A stretch of 64,000 nt of DNA from the human T2T-CHM13v2.0 reference genome, Homo sapiens. Positions 27,773 to 40,700 of the stretch are shown here, piece by piece; position 1 is the first letter of the stretch, and each line of letters begins with the position of its first letter. The translations under genes were made by a program, and so were the position numbers. Under the pieces are notes generated by a model. The model searched no databases and was not told the origin of the DNA. It was given only the letters and a program-made list of their open reading frames with translations. The stretch is from the NCBI RefSeq assembly GCF_009914755.1, contig NC_060932.1; one strand, written 5' to 3'.

Positions 27773-28144
27773 GGCTGGGCGCGGTGACTCACGTCTATAA
27801 TCCCAGAACTTGGGGAGGCCAAGGAGGGAGGATCAAAGTTTGAGATCAGCCTGGGCAACATAGGAAGACCTCACCTCCACAAAAATTAAAGAAAAAGATA
27901 GCTGGGTGTGCTGGAGCGTGCCTGTAGTCCCAGGTACTCAGAAGGCTGAGAGAACAATTGCTTGAGCCCAAGAGGTCAAGACTGTGGTGAGCTATGATCG
28001 TGCCAGTTAGTGCACTCCAGCTTGCTCCAGCTTGGGTGTCAGAGCAAGGCAAGACCCTATCTCAAACCAACAAACAAACAAACAGCCTGCGCCCAGCCTG
28101 GGTGTCAGAGCAAGGCAAGACTCTGTTTAAAAAAAAAAAAAAAA
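27773..28144 (+). mobile_element. AluJ with duplicated 3' end and two tails
   Basis: AluJ features ('gagctatgatcgtgcc', 'cctgggcaacatag'); TSD cttcagctcactg at 27758-27770 and 28147-28159. Confidence 0.92.
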
Positions 28145-29918
28145 GTCTTCAGCTCACTGAACTCACTGGGGTGAAAGGGAGCTGGAGAAAGTATCTAAAA
28201 ATCTCAGGAGTTCAGGGAGCTGACCCAAGTGCAACCCAACAAGGACAAGCCAGCCTCAGTCCTGGGTGAGCTGAACTCGGTTACAGATTTGATTCAACCC
28301 TTGAGTGGGAAGGAAGGAATGGGGCCTTTAACTCCACATGAAATAAAAACTGAATCAGGAATAGGCTACAAGGAAAACCAGAGCAGAAGATCCTAGAAGC
28401 AAGGAAGGTGAAGCTGAGTGGGGAAGCTGTGCAGGCAGTCCATGCAGGGGGAGTCAGCAAGCCAGGGTTTGAGTGATGGGCAAGATACCAATCTTTCTGA
28501 GACTCAGTTTATTTATCTCAAAACAAGGGTAACACTATCTGGAGGATATTCTTATGAGAATTAAATGAAATAACATATGAAAGTACTTGGCACCTCAATA
28601 AAGGTTAGTATCACCTCAACTTAGTAGGGTACATGCTTTCAAGGGTAGGTCAGGGAGAGGAGACAGAGAAGCAGCCGGCAGGCTTTAGCTGAAGTTATCT
28701 CAAGCACTGTCTCAGAAGGGATCCAAGAAAAATGCCATTGATGCTGCCACTCCCCACATCTGTCAGTGGGATCCAGGGAAGAATAAGTCCATTCAGTGAC
28801 TGAAAAGAGTTGCAAATGAATGAAGAAGGAACATATTAGATTATGCATGCATCTCTCAAATTGGTCAAGATGCGGCAGCCACTTAACTCAGTTACACATG
28901 CTTAGGAAAAGCTTAGCGGTCTGACCACAACACTAAGCACCAAGAATGCTCATTCATGTTCCAGACACTGATCCGCAGTGCAGGCAAGGTGCTCAAAGGG
29001 GAGACTTGAGTTTCTGCTGCATGAGCTGCACCAACACAAACTCTTCTGTCTCTGCTGTCTGCTCTGCAAGGCTGTCTTGTGCTTTAAAACATTCACTGCA
29101 ATATACATTTCCAGTGGTCGATTTTGAAGGCAAGTAAGAGTCTTTAATATAGGCATTCTCTATCTACTGCTATGTTTGCACATTGCTGCTGTTTAATTCT
29201 CCTTTTATTCAAATTAAATACCTTGCAGTCATTCAGAAACTGTGCCTTCTGTTGCCACATCTTCCTGCTGTCAGAGCAGCTAATTAGCTCTTTGCAGGTC
29301 TTAGCTTCTGAAGAACTTGAAAGGATGATTTGTAATTGTGCACTGAAGTACAGCAAGTTGCTTCAAATAAACATGGTTAAAAGTCTATTGCTTGAGATTT
29401 GTCAATTTTTACACGATCATTTATCATTTTCATTTATTTGGCAGCAATAGAAAAATCTTATTCGTTTCACTTTCCTGAAGGTAGAGCCATCATCATTTCT
29501 TATACTTGAACAAAGGAAGACTGTAAAAACCTGAGGAAAAACATAAAAAGGAAAATGGGGCCTTATTGAAGCAAAAAGCCCTATAAAATCTGAAAAGGAC
29601 TTCTCTATGGAAGACCTATACCATAAAATTGATTCTTATTGCTACTGTTACCTTTAAAGGGGTCAAAAATGGGAGCTTATAAAGAATCTTTCTTATTCAT
29701 CTTTGCCAGCAGAATGAAATCCATTCTTCTTAGATTGTCATTCAGAACCCTTAGGGATTTTGAACTTGACACATTTCTCTGATCGTTTCTCCTGGTACTT
29801 GTCTGCATATACATTATGTGGCAATTTTTGAACATCTCAGTCTTTCCTTAATAGCCTACCTCAATTTTTACTTTCTTCCTGAGTCCTTTCCCTACACTAC
29901 TAATGGTCACTCTTTCCC

Positions 29919-30099
29919 AGGGATACAGTTAGCAAATAAATATACAAAATGCTCAGTTTCAATTTGAATTTCAGAGAGGTAAGAAATAATTTTAATATGT
30001 CTATTTTGTGCAATATTTAGGATATACTTCTACTAAATATGGATTATTTTTATATCTGAAATTTTCCTACCTGTGTCACTGTTTTGTATCGAGCAACCT
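29919..30099. mobile_element. MER53 (palindromic hAT MITE), degraded
   Basis: 'ttagcaaataaatatacaaaatgctcagtttcaatttgaatttcaga...gcaatatttaggatatacttctactaaa...tatctgaaatt...gcaacct'. Confidence 0.75.
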
Positions 30100-30729
30100 T
30101 ACTTCCTTCTCTGAACTCTTGAGAGACTTGTTGTCCTCATGACTTACTTGTCACCTGGCATTTCCAACCTAATGTTGTTGTGGTCTTCAGTCAGATTTTA
30201 AGCTCCTTGGAAATGTAGTGGAATCCCACTTTCAATTAGGATACAGAAAGGTGTAAAAGATCTTCATTCATGTGATCAAACCCCAGAAATCACCAAGCAG
30301 ACATAGAAACAAAAAATATGTACTTTTCCTTAAAGATGTTGAAGCACAGTGGGCACAAAGAAATCTTATGTGAACTAAGCACCAGAGGGACAAACTCTTG
30401 GAGGTGAGACCAGTTCCTAAGACAGGGAGCGCAGGGAAGCCAGCTGCTAGAGAAGGGCAGTCTTTGTTGTGTCCAAAAGAAACCTGCAAACGCTGGACAA
30501 ATCTGTGTGCTGGCAGGTCACTTTTGAATCTGAAGGAGCCTACTAATTCCCTCTCATAGAATTTTACTGAATAAGCAGAGAATGGGAGCTGGATTGGCAA
30601 ACGTACAAAGACCACATGGTCTTATAGCCAGAAAAAAAGACCAGTTCTTAGAGAGGAATAATAATAAATTTAAGAAACAATGACAGCATGAAGATAGAAC
30701 AAAACCTTTTAAGTGCTAAAACACAAAAA

Positions 30730-31150
30730 CTAAACAATATCATCAATCTAAAATGTTGTATACTCTAAAAATATGTTTCAAAAATTAAGGTTAAATAAAA
30801 ACATTTTCAGATAAACAAAAGATGAGAGAAATTGTTGCCAACAGATCAAAATCATCAAAAATGCTAAAAAGAGTTTTGTAAGCTAAAGAGATGAAGTGCC
30901 AGATGGAAATCCAGATCTAATAAGGAATAAAGAACCCCAATAATGGCAAATGAAAGGGTAAATATAAAAGGTTATTTTTTCTTCTAAATTTTTAAAAAGT
31001 CACTTAAAATTTCTTACAGTATGTGAGAGATATATGAAATATTAATTTAAGGTAGATCATGATAAGTTAAGCATACATATTGTAATTCTCAGAGCAATGA
31101 CTATAAAATAATTTTAAAAGTCATAGCTAAAAAGCCAGTAGAGAGATACT
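30730..31150 (+). mobile_element. Old L1 fragment (ORF1 end/inter-ORF, L1M-type)
   Basis: 'aaataaaaacattttcagataaacaaaagatgagagaaattgttgccaacagatc'. Confidence 0.7.
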
Positions 31151-31283
31151 AAAGCCTACTCATTTATATCCCCTCCTCCCTCCCAAAACTACAAACTGGA
31201 AAGTAAAAACAAAGAAACAAAGAACAGAAGAGATAAAAAAAGAATAAAGACAATGTGTTCCACTCATAGAACCTCAGCTCTCC

Positions 31284-31404
31284 TCTGTGAAATAACACAG
31301 TTTTCATGATGTTCGTGATGAGAATAAAGTGAAACAAAATAAGAAAATTATTTGGAAACATACCTGACACATGTTAAGTCTTCATGATATTAATTATTAC
31401 TATC
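31284..31404 (+). repeat. Local copy of the MIR 3' half at 32056-32174
   Basis: First 66 bp match 32056-32121 at 59 of 66 positions. Confidence 0.85.
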
Positions 31405-31544
31405 TCTATCTTTGCTATAAATGACTTTAATATTATGAATGAATGAGAAAGCCACGACACTTCCATCCCAGCCCTGCTCTTCGTGGGCCCTTCTGTGAGA
31501 CTTGGCTAGAAGGCTGTGCCTCCATGGTCATTTCTGTTCCAGAC

Positions 31545-31710
31545 TTTTTTTCAACAGCTTCATTAAAATATAGTTTACATGCCATATAGTTCACCCAATT
31601 AAAGAGTATGATTCAGTGATTTTTAGTATATCTACGGAGTTTTACAGCCATCACATAACCTAATTTTAGAATGTTTCATCATCCCTAAAGAAAGCTTGTA
31701 CCAATTAGGA
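31545..31710 (-). mobile_element. L1MB/ME-type 3' end fragment
   Basis: 'attcagtgatttttagtatatctacggagttttacagccatcacataacctaattttagaatgtttcatcatccc'. Confidence 0.75.
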
Positions 31711-31947
31711 TCCCAGTATCCACCCTCAACTGACTGAACCTCTGCTGGTAGACTACACATATCTGTACTGTAACAAGATCCTACAAGTGATTCTGGAGAA
31801 TACTAAAGTTTAATAGCTCCAAAGGCACATGTTTATGATGGGCTCCCAGGTGTGATGCAGCCTAGGGGCCCTTGGAAACTCATGTTGATATAAAATAAAA
31901 ATTCTTGCTAAGGAATATGAACAAACATGTTATCTAACTAATATGAA

Positions 31948-32180
31948 GCACAGTGGAGAGTAGTGGTTAAGAACAAGTACTGTGGCAGGATGGGGTCAGA
32001 TTACAGCTCTCTTCTTGAACTTGGGCAAGTTACTCAAACTCATGCAGCCTCCACTTCTGTGAAATAACACAATTTTCATGAGATTCATAATAAGAATAAA
32101 GTGAAACAAAATAAGGAAATTTGAAAAAATACATGGCACATATCAAGTCCCCCAGATGTCAGTAATTACTATCATCATTG
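31948..32180 (+). mobile_element. MIR, near full length
   Basis: 'gtagtggttaagaac...cttgggcaagttact...tctgtgaaat...ggcacat'. Confidence 0.75.
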
Positions 32181-32509
32181 TAGTTAATATAGTTAATAGC
32201 TAGGGATTTCAGATGAGGGTTGTACTAGGATGAATTTGGAGCATTCTGCTGCTCAATTCTAAGACAAAGTAAGAAGGCTTAAGTTTTATGACCATGGCAT
32301 ATATTTCAAGGGAATGTAGTGACTAAAAAATAGATATATAAAAGCACAGAGGGAAGTGACAAGATAGCACATTGTTCATCTTATTCAGATAGAATTTAGA
32401 AGAGTTGAGCCCTCACATTTTTGAAACTGTTATTGTGGAAGCGTTGACTATTGCCATGTTTTGTTTGCTGTTAAAGAATTGTAGACCCGTGCACATGTTA
32501 GACAGTTAG

Positions 32510-32854
<345 letters not shown>

Positions 32855-34104
32855 TCTATAGTAATTTAAAAGTCATTGTGCCCTGCCTCATATACAGCTT
32901 TTTTGAGTAACTTACTATTATTTTTAACATCTGTTGGCTTGTCCCTGTCTCTTGCTTTAATGTAAAATTCCTGTGGCCCCTTTAAATTGTCAGCAGAAAG
33001 AAATAAAGTGGCTTGTGACACCAAGACAGGGGAAATGAAAGGCAAGGAAGAATGCTGTGACTTCAGGGTGGAAAGAGATGCGGTTTGACTACAAATGTAT
33101 AGTCAGCTTTGATTGAGGGAAACATAGGAAGATACAGGAGCAATCAGAGGAAACTCTTACAGATCTCCTGGGCAGAGGAAAAAGTCAGGGCAGGAAATGT
33201 TCCTGCAGAGAGATGGGGAGGAAACAGCTGGTGAAATGTTAGCGTATCAATCATGTGTGGAAACACACATGGAGCTGAGCCAGGTGGGAGTGCAGGCTCC
33301 TTGCAGGAATGAGGGCAAGGATGGGCTCAGATTTACATAATTCACACACCCGCAAATGTACGCATGCACACACACACAAACGCATGTTTTTTGGAGCCCT
33401 TTGCCAAAGACAGTGACAACAGTACATCTATTTTGCACTGGCAGTAAAAAAAAAAATGTGAAACTGGTGAATTGGATGAATGAGTACTGTAGGCTTTCCC
33501 TGTGTGAGCCAGGGCTCAGGCAATGAGGGAAAGAGCAATGCAGGCTTTATTTTCTTTGACTTCGTGGCTCTCCGAAGGCATGTTCTCTCCTCCCTGCCTC
33601 AGAGTCCGGGAAACTATTCCCTCACAGGATGGTTGCTTATGGCCATTCCTTTTATATGTGCATATATGGAGCTTCCTTGGGTGATAGAAATAGTATTGCT
33701 AGGAGATGAGGATGCTTGCTTCATTTTGTGGAGAAGGCTGCTGTGAGGTGTGTATTTCAGGACCCAAAAAGTACCACAGAGAAGGAAAATGGAATGGAGT
33801 AACTCAGCAGTAAAATAGAAGTTCTAGTCATGATTCCGTCAAGATGTAATCAACAAGGCAAGAACCCTGTGGGCACAGGCCAGAAGCTGGGGATAAGAGG
33901 ATTGACATTCTGGGACCCAGAGAAGAAAAGCAGGACTGCCTAAAACAGTGAGGGGATTAGAACAATATTTAAAAAGCATGTAATTTCCAGAGCCAGCCTT
34001 GAACCTGGCAAACAAACTAATATCTGTGAGCTAAAATCAATACATATATAACATAATTATTTTTATGTGAATAGAGGTATTTATTCCCAGAAAAGGCAAG
34101 CTCA

Positions 34105-34260
34105 CTTCCGTCTGTTCTTAAAAGGGCACTAATCCCATCAGAAGTTCTCCCCACTCATGACCTAATAACTTCCCAAATCCTCATCTCCAAAAACCATCAC
34201 ATTGGAGATTAGGGTTTCAACATATGCATTTTGGAGGGGCACAAACATGTAACTGATAGG
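34105..34260 (-). mobile_element. MaLR LTR fragment (MLT1A/MST-like)
   Basis: 'aagggcactaatcccatc...catcacattggagattagggtttcaacatatgcattttggagggg'. Confidence 0.75.
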
Positions 34261-34779
34261 AGTTATTATTATTATTATTATTACCATGTTACTGATGAGG
34301 AAACTGAGACATAGTTAATCAACTGGTAACTAGTAGAGCCGGGTATCCAGCTAGTTAGTAGTCGCTCCAGTATTTAAACCAAGGTGACACAGGTCCAGAA
34401 TCTATGCATGCTTTTAACCATTAGACTATTATGCCACTATACAAAGCCAAGGTCACAGACTCCAATGGCCACTGCCAAAATGATTGTCTGTTACCTTGGA
34501 AGAAAGTAAAGTCATGCATTGTGCAGTAACTCTGTGGATGGCCCCATAAAATACATAATTCACAGAAGAACTGAAGGTATAAGTTTTGAAGTCCTTCACA
34601 TCCAGCTTCCTGTCCTGACTCTACCAACACTAAGTCATGCAATCATGCACTTACCAGAGTCTGCAGCATGAAGATAAGTGTTACTGTTTGTGGTATCATC
34701 ATTATCATTATTAATAATCTTTATTATCAATATAAATAAAGTAATACTTTTTCCTTTGTGCTTCTTAACCTGATAGTCC

Positions 34780-34930
34780 TTTAAAATCATCTGGAAAGGT
34801 TTTAAAAAATATTTATTTCCTGAGCCATACACTAAACCAAATAAACCAGATGATCAGGGATGGAGTCAGGGTTAGGGGGTTGCTGACCCGTATTTTTCTA
34901 AAACTTCCCACACAATTCTGAGTTACAGAC
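34780..34930. mobile_element. MER5-like hAT-Charlie fragment
   Basis: 'aatcatctggaaaggttttaaaaaatat...cctgagcc...aaacttcccacacaattctga'. Confidence 0.5.
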
Positions 34931-35339
34931 AGTAATAAAAATTGCATTGGTCACCAAATACTCATAGAACTTTCAAGGTAGTGTGCTGGGTATGACATTT
35001 TGCTGGACACCAAGGAGGTTCTCGCAAGGAGGTTCTTGTAAGACACAGCACCCTGCCCTGTAGAGCTCTCAGCATAAAGCTTTATGGCATTCACCTGGGG
35101 AGTAGGCAGGGCCTCCACTCCTTTATCTTCCAATCCACTGTTTCTGCTTCTCACTGTGTGTCTAGTGTCGCCTGCAGGTGCTAGCCTCATGAGGCCATAA
35201 AATGCAGGGTTGCACTCGATATGTCACTCAGGCTCCTTGTTCACCAAACCTGAGGACTTTGAGGATTCATTCCTGGACATGAGTGTTTCAGTGGGAAATG
35301 CCTTAAATCTTTATAGATCAATTGTGTTATTATTATCAC

Positions 35340-35580
35340 TATTATTAGAACTGTAGTTTATTAAGCACCTCTTATATCCTAGGTTCTCTGACAGGTACTC
35401 TACCTACATTATCTCATTTGGCCCCCTAAGCAACCCAGCAAGAATGGAGCTATTATCCAAATTCAGCAGGTGAAGGAACTGACGTGAGCAAATCAAGTTG
35501 CCCCAAATCACATGGCTTCTACATGGTGAAGCCTGAATTTGAACCCAGATCTGAGTTCCAAAGGCCCTGTTCCCTCCACT
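35340..35580 (-). mobile_element. MIR
   Basis: 'tttattaagcacct...attatctcattt...aaggaactga...gaatttgaacccagatctga'. Confidence 0.75.
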
Positions 35581-36178
35581 GGGTTTGTATTGTCATGGCT
35601 AAGACTGCCCAGCTCTTGCTAGAACTGTTAGCAGCTTCTTGCCAGATCTGGATTCATCCCAGGTTGTCCTCAGTCTTGAAAATAAAAGATCAGTTTTGGT
35701 TTCTGAGGGCAGAGGGGTGTCATATAGGGACTAAGAAGGTTCCAGAAACACTGGATGTGCCCAACAGGAACCTTTCAAAGGTCAGAGAGGAGAAAAAAGG
35801 TATCTATGGCCTCTGTGATCCTGAGGATCACGGCTGTTAGGAGAAGAGATGAGGAATGTCCCAGCCCTCAGGGTCCCAGAGTAAATGTCCAGAAGTAAAT
35901 AAACCTTAGATATGTTATTTTACAAGCTCCAATAGTTGCAAGGTTGGTCAGGATATTTCTGCTCCCCGCCTTTCCCAGAGAAATTGTAGACAATAAGGAA
36001 ACAAGTGAGAAAGGTAAAAGAATAGGAAAAAATGAGAAAAATCCCAGCGTTTCCCCAGAACATTTTGGAATTTAGCTTGATTTTATTTTGAATCAAAGAT
36101 GTTTTTAAAGGAACACTTTGTTTTTATATAGCATCTCTTTTCTCAAAAATTTAAATTGGAATTCAGTCACTGCATAGC

Positions 36179-36531
36179 CACTATGCTTTACATTAGGAAT
36201 TCAGTACTTCTTCATCTTATAACTGAAGGTTTGTATTCTTTGACCAATATTTCCCCCTTTCCCCATCTCCCAGACCCTAATAAGCATTGTGCTACTTTCC
36301 ATTACTATGAATTTGACTTCTTTTAGCTGCCACATACACCTGAGATCATCTGAGTAGATCTCACATGTTCTCACCACACACAAAAAAATGATAGCTGTGT
36401 GAGGCTATGTTAATTAGTGCAATGTGGTAATCATTTAAGAATGCATACATATATCAGAACATCATATTTTATATCCTAAATATATACAATTTTTGTCTGT
36501 CAATCATACTTTAATAAAGCTGGGGGGAAAA
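36179..36531 (+). mobile_element. 5'-inverted (twin-primed) L1MA-type insertion
   Basis: Antisense L1 3'UTR piece (about 36179-36348) joined to a sense piece 'gagtagatctcacatgttctcaccacac...aataaagctgggggg'; TSD tcact(g/c)catagc at 36167-36178 and 36532-36543. Confidence 0.8.
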
Positions 36532-37299
36532 TCACTCCATAGCTTGCCATGTTACAGTATTTTCAGGATGAGGTCAGGGGGAAAGTAATGAAGTAACTAA
36601 CTTGGCTAGTTAGGAAGGAAGCAATGTTTGGATTAAAAAAAAAAAAAAAGGTATAGAGAAGAAAAATGATTTCCAAGAGTCCTAACAGGAGAGAAAAAGC
36701 CCGACCAAGACATTTTCAAAATGGCCCTAGGAGACGGAAGCTTCAGGGCTAATTGAAAAAAAGGCCCTAGATTTCTATTTAAATGGCAGTCCTGAGTTGT
36801 ACCCAGAAAATCATTTCCTGTATTACTTTCAGTCTTTCTTTAAAGCTAGAAACCAAATCCAAGGACTCATGAAGTCAATTGAATAATGATGAGCAGTAGG
36901 TCCCACGTGGGACCTGGGGATGGGGCATGCATTTTCTCAGTGTCTTAGGGAGCAGAAAGTGGAGAGACAAAATTGAGAAGTGATCAGAATGGAGTCATTC
37001 TTCAGGGATCTGAAAAGAGGTAGGAGAGGGCACCCTGACCAGGAAGTAACTGGCATCCCAAAAAAGTATAAACAGCCTCACCTTCCTGAACTGCCAGTGA
37101 CTATAAGATAAGATAGCCAAGTAGTTATTTAAAAACTCAACATCTCATGCTTCTCATATTTATAATCATCATTTCATTGTCATTTCATGTTTATTGATTG
37201 CCTTTGTCACATGTAATTCTAAATCCTCCCCGATCTAGATAGTCAGATTCTTGAGTTTTAATTTCCTCTAACCTGGAGGAGGTTAGTAAGTGTTCAAAG

Positions 37300-37705
37300 T
37301 ATCCTTTGCATCATTCCTCATCTCATACTTAATGCTCCAGCAACAGTAATAACTTGTAATTCCTGGTGTATCCCTCACCAACTCTGACCTGCACACCCCA
37401 CCCTCTTCATCCTCCATTTGTCTAGCCATCTTGCATTCATCCTGGAGGGCACTTCTCAGGTGGCACTTCCTCCGAGAAGCCTCGAGCTGGATTATGTATC
37501 CCTCTCATATGGACATAGATGTTCCTGTGCATAACTCTATCATTGGACTTACCATGTCATACATTAACTATCTATTTATTTGTGTTATCCTGACTAGACC
37601 TATGAGATGCTTGAGGGCTGGGCCTGGGTCTTGCTCATCTTTAAATCCCCACCAGCTAGCACAGAGGCAGGCCCATAGTACCATTTGGTAAAAGTCTGTT
37701 GATGT
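37300..37705 (+). mobile_element. L2 3' fragment
   Basis: 'cacttcctccgagaagcct...ctagacctatgagatgcttgagggctgggcc...ctagcacagaggc'. Confidence 0.7.
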
Positions 37706-40700
37706 GATAACCAATTAAACTAAAAAAGGATGAAATTGATAGGAAACCTTTACAAAAGGTCATCTAGAAATCGATACCAATAACCAAGACTTAAAGATAA
37801 TTTCCCCTTCTCTTTATGACTTGGCAGAACACAAGACAAGGGGTTCACTAATCAAAGAAATCATCGTATGCTTTGAGATACAATTAAATGTCAGGTGTGA
37901 TAAAGTCCTATATTGGATAGAAAATTCCTAACTGTGAACAGGTTAGACTCCATTCAATTGAAAATCTAATTTATTTGAACCTCAGAGTGTGTTTACCGAA
38001 TGAATCTATGCTGTGAATGGTGGTTAGGTGGCCACAGTAGCTCACCAGCCCACAAAACCCAATGCAGCCCATAATGCAGCTGAGCTTCTCTCCCCTGTGA
38101 ATACCTCTCTGCTGTTTCTCTGCACTCAAACATATCATGGGCCCTGAGGCCTTGTCGAGATTCTCCCATCTCCCTATCGTCACTTCTAGGAAGATACTTT
38201 CCATTCCTACACATAGTCTGCCTTTCACTGTTGGTTATAGTTTTCTAGCCTCCTCTTTTATTCCCTCTCACACATGTCTTTGCTTTCTTTATTTTTTAAT
38301 TCTAAGGTTAATTTTTATTTCACACAAAAAGGCAGGCAAAACAATATAAAACACGTTTAAAGGATAATACTGAGTAAGCTTTAAGTGGAGCTTGAGTCTG
38401 CAAAAGCGGTGAGTCCAAAGGGAGAGGGAAGGCCATCTTGCTCCTGGGCTGCATTGAAGGAAAGAATAAAGGGGACAGCAAGGGACTGGCAATCCCAGAC
38501 TGGTGCCGGCTAATATCTTACTTCCACCAATTTCAATCATGCAAAAGGTCAAATTGTGCTCAGGGAGAGCTGTGGTGGGGTTGCCACCCTGAGGAGTTGA
38601 AGAGTGAGCTCAGTGGCACACTGGGATGGAGCCTGGTGACAGATGAGCTTGGAATTTCAAAGGGATAGTCTGGCTTAGCTTTGCCTGCAATGACCAGCAA
38701 GTCTTCCAAAATGGATTCAGGGAAGAGTGCCAGCCTTTGGCCTCAGGAGCCTTTCTGGTGAGAGATTCATCACACCCAGCATGCACAGTGGCCCTGGTTG
38801 GCAGGCCCTCCCTTCGGGGTCACCGCAGACCTACATTTGCAGGGGCCGGCCGTGCTAGAGTTCAATCATGCACTGACATCAGGGTTTGCCCATTTCATCG
38901 ATATTACTGGGGTAATATTAGCAGGAATTTTACTCCAGAGCTAGGCCTTGCCTTTTCATGGCTTTTTGTTGTTGTTTTTGGAGAAGGGAGTCAGGATAGG
39001 AGGGCTGTTGTTGTTTGCTTGTTTTTAAATTTTTCAAAAGGATGTTATAATCTGGAGTCAGGAGAATTTGAATTAACTCCCACACTGAGCAGTGCAGTAC
39101 GGGAGAAGAAAACCCACCAGAGACACCAGAGCCGTCTCTTCTCCTTTGCAGAGCCTTCTCGGCTAAACACAACTTGAAGATTTTGAATAAATTTGGGCAA
39201 GAAAAGAAGCACTGTTGTTTTGAAGCAGATTGCAGCAGTGATTTTTAAAACAAAGAAAGCAGAACTGGAGCATCTTTCATTTTTAATCCTTTAATTACAG
39301 TTTACTTGGACCACTGTTGATTGAGAAAACTGTAGAAAGTTAGTCACTACCACAAGCAAAAGGCAGGGGATGGATGTGTCCTTTCTCCACAGTCCTGCTT
39401 TGCAGAGTGTTGGAGCACACTGCGGAGGCTCTGCTCACACGTGGTGGAATGCACCCTGGCAGACTTTTGTCCACAGGTCGCTTTCCCCATGTTTCCTTGT
39501 AAACTCTTCAGCATTTCATAGAGTATTATTCGGCTAGGTGAGCCAGGAGTGTCAGGCTGAGCAGATGCTCAGGCTGGGTAACCAATGCTGGACTGGAGTG
39601 TGTGGTCATCCCTGGTTGCTGGCTTTCTCTTCTCAGTACTAATTTCCAAGCAGACGGACCTCCACTTCTAGTCGATGTTCGGGTGATAGATCTTTGTTTT
39701 AAATCTGGTCTTTTGTGATTTGAATGGGTAATCTTCTCATAGGTTGATTTTGATTCTGAAGGCCTCCTTATCCTATGGAGGTTGTCAGGGACAATAAGCC
39801 CTTGCCGAGTCAATAAATTAGCTTCTTCAACCTGGATGTTGCGGGAGGCTTTCATTCCGCATTTGCAGCTTCTTCAAGCTCCTCTACCAGCCTCCTGTTG
39901 GCTGCCCCCTTTCCCTAGCTGGAACCTAGGATCCAGCTTCTTAATCCTTCTTAAAATGGTCCCCTCCTCTCCATCCCTGTAAGTCAAGCTCCTGCATTAC
40001 AACAGTACTCTCTTAATTAGTCTCACTGCTTCAACACTGGCCCCCTGGATCTACCGTCTACCTTGCAGACACAATCAGCAAACAGACCTGTTAGTAGACA
40101 CGCCAAGTGAAGGGCTGACAGAGAAACACATGTTGACATGTCTTCAGCAGATACACAAGTCGGTAGGTGCTGCCCTCCTGTTTCAAGCTCTGTACTGGCT
40201 TCCTGTGCACTCAGGGTAAAGCCAGCCCTTCCCACAGTGGCATTCATGGCCCTCTCTGATGGGTTCCTCCTGTTTTCCTCACTGGACTCATCTCTTGTCA
40301 CCTCTCATCTCCCTCGGGATGCTCTTAGCAGACTCTAGGCTCTTTCTATGTCTGTTTCACCCCAGTATTTCCCTCTTTCCAGGATGTCTCGCCCCCAGGC
40401 ATCTTCCTACCCCAACACCCACCATGCCACTCATCCACTAGGTAAGTATCTACTCATTTTTCACAATCATTCAGCTTGAAGGTCTGCATCCCATGAAGGC
40501 TTTCCTCATTCACCATTAGTTGAACTACTTCTGCTTTCTGCTCCGTGGGGTTTGGGGCCTGTGCAGATCTTGGTTATGAATAGCCCTTTTGTTGTGATTT
40601 TTAATAGAGAGGGAGCATTGCATCTTGGTTTTGAGCATCTGCTCAGAGCTGAATTTTCTGAGTTCATATCTCAAATCTTCGTTTACAAACTTTCCAATCC

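Noticed and set aside
29919-30099. Palindromic structure as a novel hairpin
   Set aside because: Explained by MER53, which is intrinsically palindromic, and it is degraded.
38737-39177. Longest ORF in the track (146 aa)
   Set aside because: Starts at TTG and has no recognisable domain; explained by locally higher GC.
39526-39976. 109-aa minus-strand ORF extendable to about 150 codons across one TGA
   Set aside because: No recognisable homology, the upstream extension runs into antisense L2-like sequence and the acceptor is weak. Compatible with chance.
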